A stretch of DNA of 18,331 nucleotides from a virus (taxonomy: Duplodnaviria > Heunggongvirae > Uroviricota > Caudoviricetes), in the IMG/VR virus record IMGVR_UViG_3300027708_000034, positions 1 to 18,331 of that record, one strand, 5' to 3'. Below the pieces are notes generated by a model. That model ran no database searches and had not been told where the DNA came from. It saw only the letters and a program-made list of their open reading frames with translations. Shown in pieces: positions 6,901-11,736 of this stretch. Numbering within the stretch: the first letter of the stretch is position 1; each line of letters starts with the position of its first letter. The position numbers and the translations under genes are program-made.

Positions 6901-7331
6901 ATATATTCATAATTGACTGTAGTAGAGTTTTCTCTAAAAACAATCGCACCATTCTTCAAATGGAATCTTTTGGCCATCTCAGTAGGCGGACTCAATGTCA
7001 CGAATCTAGTGATAGTGGGTTTGTTCTTTTTAAGGTAGTCTACAGCATTAAAGATTAGATCTCTACCTGCGCCCGGAGCATAACTCCAGATGGTGTAAAA
7101 TGTTGCCACAGTTGGCTCTGCTACATCAGTGAATAATTCATCTTCAGTCGAAGGAACTTCAACTCTGTAGCTGACACAGGTCACAGCCTTGACTGTGTCA
7201 TCTGTGCTTTTTAGAACAAAAATGTCTCTGTTGTCACCTATCCTAAAATCATGAGGTATGTTTGGCCTCACAGGATCTTGTTTTAGGAAACCAAAAAACT
7301 GATCAGTATTGGATTTAATTAGGTGCAGCAT
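6891..7331 (-). CDS. GNAT-like protein resembling the malonyl-CoA decarboxylase catalytic domain (146 aa)
   Basis: ATFYTIWSY..GAGR.LI...FVTLSP...AKRFHLKNGA parallels MCD motifs (FYSI, TLSP, ARFHLxNGA); start reassigned to ATG 7331. Confidence 0.65.
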   Translation of the reverse strand: MLHLIKSNTDQFFGFLKQDPVRPNIPHDFRIGDNRDIFVLKSTDDTVKAVTCVSYRVEVPSTEDELFTDVAEPTVATFYTIWSYAPGAGRDLIFNAVDYLKKNKPTITRFVTLSPPTEMAKRFHLKNGAIVFRENSTTVNYEYMRV

Positions 7332-7357
7332 GGTAAAAGTCTTTATATCATTAAAGC

Positions 7358-7365
7358 TATTTATA
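7358..7365 (-). promoter_or_regulatory. T4-type late promoter
   Basis: Exact TATAAATA, 26 nt upstream of ATG 7331. Confidence 0.7.
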
Positions 7366-7372
7366 ATAATTT

Positions 7373-7450
7373 TGGAGTAACGGGTGAGATTTGAACTCAC
7401 GGGGTTAGAGTTTTGCAGACTCTTGCGTTGGACCACTCCGCCACCGTTAC
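7373..7450 (-). tRNA. tRNA-Cys(GCA)
   Basis: Loop CUGCAAA, U73, CCA. Confidence 0.95.
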
Positions 7451-7461
7451 ATATTATGTTA

Positions 7462-7537
7462 CCATATAGAAACACGCTGCTGTTGCTACATCACAGTACA
7501 GGCTGATCAAACCTCTTACCAGTATGTTTCTATATGG
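7462..7537 (-). ncRNA. spacer hairpin RNA pairing with the CCA of tRNA-Leu(TAA)
   Basis: Perfect 13-bp inverted repeat ccatatagaaaca / tgtttctatatgg. Confidence 0.55.
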
Positions 7538-7618
7538 TACGGGTGGCCGGACTCGAACCGGCATGCATCGCTGCGGCAGATTTTAAGTCTGCTGTGTATA
7601 CCATTCCACCACACCCGC
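7535..7618 (-). tRNA. tRNA-Leu(TAA), class II
   Basis: Loop CUUAAAA, long variable arm, CCA. Confidence 0.95.
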
Positions 7619-7670
7619 AAATACTTTTTAAATTTTAAAGAACAGTGTTAATTGCTTAACGTATGTATAT

Positions 7671-7699
7671 AGTATAACATCGTTCTGCGGCTGTGTCAA
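7671..7699 (-). promoter_or_regulatory. internal sigma70-type promoter
   Basis: TTGACA-17-TATACT with extended TG. Confidence 0.8.
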
Positions 7700-7700
7700 A

Positions 7701-7774
7701 TGGTTCTCCTAACAAGAATCGAACTTGTAATTGCACTTTACCAAAGTGCTGGTATGCCATTTACCTATAGGAGA
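7701..7774 (-). tRNA. tRNA-Thr(GGT)
   Basis: Loop UUGGUAA, CCA. Confidence 0.95.
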
Positions 7775-7778
7775 GTAT

Positions 7779-7856
7779 TGGTACCCTAGGTCAGATTCGA
7801 ACTGACACGATTCTCCTTTTGAGAGAGACGCCTCATACCAATTGGGCTACTAGGGC
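7779..7856 (-). tRNA. tRNA-Leu(CAA) with short variable loop
   Basis: UCUCU-CUCAAAA-GGAGA, 5-nt variable region AUCGU, A73, CCA. Confidence 0.85.
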
Positions 7857-7865
7857 ATGTAAATT

Positions 7866-7939
7866 TGGTAGTTCCTGAAAGAATTGAACTTTCGTCTTCA
7901 CCGTGTCGAGGTAGCGTTCTGCCATTAAACTAAGGAACT
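7866..7939 (-). tRNA. tRNA-Val(GAC), C33 variant
   Basis: Loop UCGACAC, CCA. Confidence 0.85.
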
Positions 7940-7943
7940 AAAT

Positions 7944-8020
7944 TGGTACCTTCGGGCGGATTCGAACCCCCAACCACCTGCTTCTAAGGCAAGCCGCACT
8001 CCCAATTAGCGTACGAAGGC
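7944..8020 (-). tRNA. tRNA-Leu(TAG) with short variable loop
   Basis: CUUGC-CUUAGAA-GCAGG, variable region UGGUU, A73, CCA. Confidence 0.85.
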
Positions 8021-8046
8021 ATTATTTTATATCACGGTAGTTCTAA

Positions 8047-8247
8047 CTACTTATTAACATTTTTCTTTGGCATGTGCATTCCGCACATGTTTTTGAGTAC
8101 ACCAATTAATTTTGGTTTTCCCCAATCTTTAGCGCATTCTTGCCACTTCCAAAAATCACCTTCAAACTTTGGGATAGGTTTCCCGTCATGATCCAATGCA
8201 TAACCACTTGAGTGATGATGACACGATTGACAATTTTTTTCGGCCAT
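8047..8247 (-). CDS. small Cys/His-rich hypothetical protein (66 aa)
   Basis: AGGAGA SD; CxxCHHH...C...C. Confidence 0.6.
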   Translation of the reverse strand: MAEKNCQSCHHHSSGYALDHDGKPIPKFEGDFWKWQECAKDWGKPKLIGVLKNMCGMHMPKKNVNK

Positions 8248-8266
8248 AATAAGTCTCCTACTTGAA

Positions 8267-8352
8267 TGGTGCTCTGAGTGGGACTCGAACCCACACCTGT
8301 TAGGTCACAACGTTCTCAACGTTGCCGGTCTACCAATTCCCTGCACCAGAGC
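8267..8352 (-). tRNA. tRNA-Leu(GAG), class II
   Basis: Loop UUGAGAA, long variable arm, CCA. Confidence 0.93.
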
Positions 8353-8358
8353 ATATAG

Positions 8359-8511
8359 GTTTTCGAGCCGCCAACTATCTTTCTCAAGGACTCATTGGTT
8401 TGTCTCGTATGAGAGAGTTTTGCTTGACCCGATACTGCTACTGGTGTGTCATGCTCAAGAAATAGGGCACTAGCGTACAGGGGACTCGATCTCTACGTCT
8501 ATCTCGAAACT
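8359..8511 (-). ncRNA. candidate structured spacer RNA
   Basis: GUUUCGAG/CUCGAAAAC closing stem; CUUGA/UCAAG; UCUC-AUAC-GAGA; ACUC/GAGU. Confidence 0.45.
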
Positions 8512-8629
8512 TGGTGTCGCAGCCGGGATTCGAACCCGGATCTCTTCCTTGATAATGGAATTTGATTGTGCTGACTGTATCCCGGGCGGGATAACCTTTA
8601 TAAGCGTCCTACCATTAGACCACTGCGAC
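8512..8629 (-). ncRNA. 118-nt tRNA-like RNA with an insertion replacing the anticodon arm
   Basis: Perfect GUCGCAG/CUGCGAC-A-CCA, D arm GUCU-AAUGGUA-GGAC, T arm CCGGG-UUCGAAU-CCCGG; middle has UAUCCC-GCCC-GGGAUA and UUCC-AUUAUCAA-GGAA. Confidence 0.8.
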
Positions 8630-8635
8630 ATTGAC

Positions 8636-8710
8636 TGGTGGTACTAAGTGGACTCGAACCACTAACACTCTCCGTATGAAGGAGGAAGACTACCATTGTC
8701 CTATAGTACC
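8636..8710 (-). tRNA. tRNA(CAT), elongator Met or Ile2
   Basis: Loop UUCAUAC, A73, CCA; identity cannot be resolved by eye. Confidence 0.85.
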
Positions 8711-8715
8711 ATGTA

Positions 8716-8802
8716 TGGAGGAAGATAACGGAATCGAACCGTGCCCCGTTTCCGAAGCGAACAACTTTCCAAGTTGCTTAGTGTCCAACACTTCTATCTT
8801 CC
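8716..8802 (-). tRNA. tRNA-Ser(GGA), U73
   Basis: Loop UUGGAAA, long variable arm, short D loop, CCA. Confidence 0.85.
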
Positions 8803-8807
8803 ATGAT

Positions 8808-8883
8808 TGGTGCAACCTCCAGGGATCGAACCTGGTTCAATGGCTCTTCAGACCACCGCTATGACCACATCAGCTAAAGTTGC
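8808..8883 (-). tRNA. tRNA-Phe(GAA)
   Basis: Loop CUGAAGA, CCA. Confidence 0.95.
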
Positions 8884-8892
8884 ATAATAAAA

Positions 8893-8950
8893 CAGGATAG
8901 CATTTTGGTTTCATTTACAGTGAAAATTTTAATTTGCTGTTGCTATCCTA
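8893..8950 (-). ncRNA. ACAGCAA-motif RNA copy C, with a Tyr anticodon stem-loop
   Basis: AGGAUAG/CUAUCCU; UUUCA-CUGUAAA-UGAAA. Confidence 0.75.
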
Positions 8951-8993
8951 AAAAAGAAAACCACCGTGTACAACTATGTTGCAGAGACGGTGG
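8951..8993 (-). terminator. intrinsic terminator after the methyltransferase gene
   Basis: CCACCGU...ACGGUGG hairpin followed by UUUUCUUUUU. Confidence 0.7.
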
Positions 8994-9010
8994 CCATAAA
9001 TTATTGGCGA

Positions 9011-9718
9011 TTATTTTTTAATAACTGCCATGAAATAACCATTGTGCCATTTACTGGTAGGACCAGCAAACCCCTCAGGTGGATGGGTATTATCTGTTGT
9101 AGTTCGAACTTCAATGCTAGACACGATCTTGTTGCCCACTGTCTCTATTGCTGCCAGTGTGCCGTTTCTAACACCTTCCCAATTCCAATCATCTACGATA
9201 AGTACGTATGTGTCGTCGAGTGCTTCTTGAGCAAGAGAAATACCTAAATATTGATCACGTTCGGCATGTGGACCATCGAATAGATATACATTGAATTTAC
9301 CAATTTTCGAATAATCTACGACGGCAAAATCACTTTCGATACATTGAACATCAACTCTCTCATTTTTAAATATGTTGATATTTTCAAAGAATTTAGTCCG
9401 TGGACTACCAAACTCTCGATCCCAATTAAATGGATCCCAGTTGTCAATGCACAGAACCTTACAAGTGTTACCATACATAGCAGAACATGCGGTGCTGCCT
9501 GTCCAACTACCAACTTCTAAATACCTAGCATCGGGAGTTAGTTCGACTAACTTATTAATAAATTTTCTGTATTGATATCCGCTTTGGCCATATAAGGCAA
9601 ATAGGCTATCGGGTAATTTTGAATTGTTTTCTTCAGAAAATTCGTATGCTGTTTTCAATCTAGCGGATAGTTCGTTATCCCAATCCCCAGACAGTTGTGT
9701 AGTTAAAGTAGTTGCCAT
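9011..9718 (-). CDS. class I SAM-dependent methyltransferase (Methyltransf_24-like)
   Basis: YLEVGSWTGST, CIDNW, YLFDGPH, LIVDDWNW; AAGGA SD. Confidence 0.9.
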   Translation of the reverse strand: MATTLTTQLSGDWDNELSARLKTAYEFSEENNSKLPDSLFALYGQSGYQYRKFINKLVELTPDARYLEVGSWTGSTACSAMYGNTCKVLCIDNWDPFNWDREFGSPRTKFFENINIFKNERVDVQCIESDFAVVDYSKIGKFNVYLFDGPHAERDQYLGISLAQEALDDTYVLIVDDWNWEGVRNGTLAAIETVGNKIVSSIEVRTTTDNTHPPEGFAGPTSKWHNGYFMAVIKK

Positions 9719-9740
9719 GCTGTTCCTTGTTTAAGCATTC

Positions 9741-9747
9741 TATTTAT
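9741..9747 (-). promoter_or_regulatory. T4-like late promoter variant
   Basis: ATAAATA upstream of ATG 9718. Confidence 0.5.
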
Positions 9748-9756
9748 TTTTCTGTT

Positions 9757-9831
9757 TGGCGTACCCCCTTGGATTTGAACCAAGCCTAACGGTTTTGGAG
9801 ACCGACGTGCTGCCGCTGACACTAGGAATAC
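9757..9831 (-). tRNA. tRNA-Trp(CCA)
   Basis: Loop CUCCAAA, G73, CCA. Confidence 0.95.
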
Positions 9832-9836
9832 ATATT

Positions 9837-9913
9837 TGGTGCGACCGGAGAGATTCGAACTCCCGACTCCTAAGTTCGTAGCCTAGTACTCTATCCAACT
9901 GAGTTACGGTCGC
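9837..9913 (-). tRNA. tRNA-Arg(ACG)
   Basis: Loop CUACGAA, CCA. Confidence 0.95.
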
Positions 9914-9920
9914 ATTAATT

Positions 9921-9995
9921 TGGTACCTGGTGTAGGAGTCGAACCTACAACATTCCGCTAATCGGGCAGACGTTCTTCCACTGAACTAACCAGGC
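9921..9995 (-). tRNA. tRNA-Ile(GAT), C33/U37 loop variant
   Basis: UCUGC-CCGAUUA-GCGGA, CCA. Confidence 0.8.
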
Positions 9996-10004
9996 ATTAA
10001 ATTT

Positions 10005-10079
10005 TGGTAGCCTACCATGGAATCGGACCATGGACCTACGCCTTATCAAGACGGTGCTCTACCACTGAGCTAGTAGGCC
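10005..10079 (-). tRNA. tRNA-Ile(GAT)
   Basis: Loop UUGAUAA; T loop UCCGAUU; CCA. Confidence 0.92.
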
Positions 10080-10086
10080 AAATTGT

Positions 10087-10162
10087 TGGGGTGCCTTACC
10101 GGTATCGATCCGGTACTACCGCTTTCACAGAGCAGGGTGCAGGCCACTACACTAAAGACACC
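10087..10162 (-). tRNA. tRNA-His(GTG)
   Basis: G-1:C73, loop CUGUGAA, T loop AUCGAUA, CCA. Confidence 0.92.
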
Positions 10163-10281
10163 ATATATAAAAACACATTCGTTTCCTGACTTTACGGCGG
10201 TAGTGCCCTACATCTTTGGGATAGCCCCTGCGTCCAGTTGCCAGGTATCCAGTTTGCCGTTGAATGTGTTTTTATATATGG
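10161..10281 (-). ncRNA. spacer RNA closed by a perfect 20-bp stem
   Basis: ccatatataaaaacacattc / gaatgtgtttttatatatgg; internal ACGGC/GCCGU, GUAG-GGCA-CUAC, GGG-GCUAU-CCC. Confidence 0.65.
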
Positions 10282-10354
10282 TAGGACTGCCCGGACTCGA
10301 ACCGGGAACTGGCAGATTAAAAGTCTGCTGTGATCACCATTTCACCACAATCCC
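10279..10354 (-). tRNA. tRNA-Lys(TTT)
   Basis: Loop CUUUUAA, CCA. Confidence 0.92.
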
Positions 10355-10359
10355 ATATA

Positions 10360-10435
10360 TGGTCCCTGGCGACAGATTCGAACTGTCACCTCATCGGTTA
10401 AGAGCCGAGTACGCTACCATTAACGCCAGCCAGGG
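10360..10435 (-). tRNA. tRNA-Lys(CTT)
   Basis: Loop CUCUUAA, CCA. Confidence 0.93.
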
Positions 10436-10501
10436 TTGATTGCATATTAAATTGTCTTTAATGTGCCAACCCTAGACCATATACAGGATCCAAGATTGAC
10501 A

Positions 10502-10525
10502 CTATCGTTTCGCTGAACGTTTCAT
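10502..10525 (-). CDS. putative regulatory mini-ORF MKRSAKR
   Basis: AAGGAG SD at 10532-10537; ATG AAA CGT TCA GCG AAA CGA TAG; followed by competing hairpins. Confidence 0.6.
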   Translation of the reverse strand: MKRSAKR

Positions 10526-10557
10526 GTCGTTCTCCTTGTTAAAAAATTAAAAACTCG

Positions 10558-10633
10558 TGGCAGGGGAGATGGGATTCGAACCCATGATGACGATTTCAAA
10601 GACCGTTGCCTTAGGCCACTAGGCGACACCCCA
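10558..10633 (-). tRNA. tRNA-Gln(TTG)
   Basis: Loop CUUUGAA, U1:U72 mismatch, G73, CCA. Confidence 0.92.
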
Positions 10634-10643
10634 ACAAAATAAA

Positions 10644-10706
10644 CAGGATAGATTTTTACTGGTTGAATTAAAAGTTCAGAGTATAAATTTTGCTGTTACT
10701 ATCCTA
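10644..10706 (-). ncRNA. ACAGCAA-motif RNA copy D, with a Lys anticodon stem-loop
   Basis: AGGAUAG/CUAUCCU; UGAA-CUUUUAA-UUCA. Confidence 0.75.
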
Positions 10707-10711
10707 AAACT

Positions 10712-10786
10712 TGGCTCCCCAGCGTGGGATCGAACCACGGACCAATTGGTTAACAGCCAACTACTCTACCGCTGAGCTACTAGGGA
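10712..10786 (-). tRNA. tRNA-Asn(GTT)
   Basis: Loop CUGUUAA, G73, CCA. Confidence 0.95.
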
Positions 10787-10790
10787 ATAA

Positions 10791-11130
10791 AATTCTGCGA
10801 AAATGTTATGAGGGCTCTTACCCCACTGTTGTTTGTATAGGTTGCGCGGCCTATACGTCCCGGACACATTTCCTGACCCGGCAGTGTTTACTTTGTGGCT
10901 CTTGCTTTCCACTTGATTCTTACTTATTAAATTTGAGAGTAGTTCCACCCATATTATTGGAACCATTCACCTTAGTATATAAAGCCGGCAAGGTCTCGGT
11001 ACGCCACTTGGGATACTTGACAAAGGTGCTCCGATGCGTTTACGGGACTCGAACCCGTCCTTCTTTTTCATTAGTCGGCTCTTCGAAGAAGCCTTCTAGC
11101 GAGTCTTTCTCTTGCTAACACTCTCAAAAC
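10791..11130 (-). ncRNA. long structured spacer (one about 340-nt RNA or two RNAs) containing an orphan T arm
   Basis: UUUGAGAGU/ACUCUCAAA; ACGGG-UUCGAGU-CCCGU; GUUCCA/UGGAAC; CACUG/CAGUG junction; GUAUAGG/CCUAUAC. Confidence 0.55.
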
Positions 11131-11131
11131 T

Positions 11132-11240
11132 TGGTGGATTGTAAGGGACTTGAACCCTTGTCAGACCAAGAGTGCGGTGGCGCACACTCGATAATGCTCC
11201 TACGGCTATTCACCGTGCATGGGACCAACCTTGACAACCC
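11132..11240 (-). ncRNA. aberrant 109-nt tRNA-like RNA
   Basis: GGGUUGU/ACAAUCC-A-CCA, T arm AAGGG-UUCAAGU-CCCUU, bulged arm ACGG-UGAAUAG-CCGU, 7-bp variable stem. Confidence 0.7.
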
Positions 11241-11247
11241 ATAAAAT

Positions 11248-11318
11248 TGGTGCACCTGACAGGAATCAAACCTGTCTGCGTTTGGCTTCAAATCCAACTC
11301 GCAATGTCAATCCAGCGC
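11248..11318 (-). pseudogene. D-arm-less degenerate tRNA-like element
   Basis: T arm ACAGG-UUUGAUU-CCUGU, bulged acceptor stem, ACCA end; anticodon ambiguous. Confidence 0.55.
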
Positions 11319-11324
11319 ATAACT

Positions 11325-11400
11325 TGGCGTCCCATAGCGGATTCGAACCGCTGTGAATACCGTGAAAGGGTACTATCCTAGGCCTCTAGATGAATGGGAC
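11325..11400 (-). tRNA. tRNA-Glu(TTC)
   Basis: Loop CUUUCAC, G73, CCA. Confidence 0.95.
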
Positions 11401-11406
11401 ATAAAT

Positions 11407-11501
11407 TGGTGGGGAATATTGGAATCGAACCAATCAAGTTTGATTTTGCGGTACATATTCTAATACAGAATACAGGTGCTTCACCTTGAAGCGTATTCCC
11501 C
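11407..11501 (-). ncRNA. 95-nt tRNA-like RNA with 8/4 (or 7/5) stems and a 5-nt anticodon loop
   Basis: GGGGAAUA/UAUUCCCC-A-CCA; D arm GCUUC-AAGGU-GAAGC; UAUUCU-GUAUU-AGAAUA. Confidence 0.7.
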
Positions 11502-11507
11502 ATTAAC

Positions 11508-11585
11508 TGGTCTGTGTGGTAGGATTTGAACCTACGATTTCTCACTTCCAAGGCGAGTAGATTAACCAGACTTTCTCACACACAG
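11508..11585 (-). tRNA. tRNA-Pro(TGG), second copy
   Basis: Loop CUUGGAA, CCA. Confidence 0.9.
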
Positions 11586-11593
11586 ATAAAACT

Positions 11594-11669
11594 TGGTATC
11601 GCGTACGGGAATCGAACCCGCCTACGTAAGTTGAAAGCCTACTGACCTAGCCCAGAAGTCCAACGCGAT
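11594..11669 (-). tRNA. tRNA with TTC (Glu) anticodon and atypical body
   Basis: Loop CUUUCAA, A1-U72, A73, CCA. Confidence 0.8.
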
Positions 11670-11678
11670 ATAATAAAA

Positions 11679-11732
11679 CAGGATACATTTTCTTTTATAG
11701 CAAAAAAGTTAAAAGTTGCTGTTAGTATCCTA
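11679..11732 (-). ncRNA. ACAGCAA-motif RNA copy E, with a Ser(GCU)-like anticodon stem-loop
   Basis: AGGAUAC/GUAUCCU; CUUUU-UUGCUAU-AAAAG. Confidence 0.72.
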
Positions 11733-11736
11733 AAAC

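Noticed and set aside
8512-8629. Intron-containing tRNA
   Set aside because: No single excision at 37/38 or nearby restores a 5-bp stem with a 7-nt loop, and the insert is too short for a group I intron.
10181-10261. c-di-GMP-I riboswitch or hammerhead ribozyme call
   Set aside because: Only partial words match (GGCAAAC, GGACGCA, GAAAC); there is no GCAAAGC junction and no CUGAnGA core.
10791-11130. tmRNA (including two-piece) or RNase P RNA
   Set aside because: The T arm is not followed by an acceptor-CCA, there is no GGAUUCGAC or tag frame, and the RNase P P4 motifs are missing.
256-11732. CRISPR array or transposon inverted repeats as an explanation of the repeated motif
   Set aside because: The copies are dispersed, vary in sequence with compensatory pairing, and have no regular spacers, cas genes or transposase.
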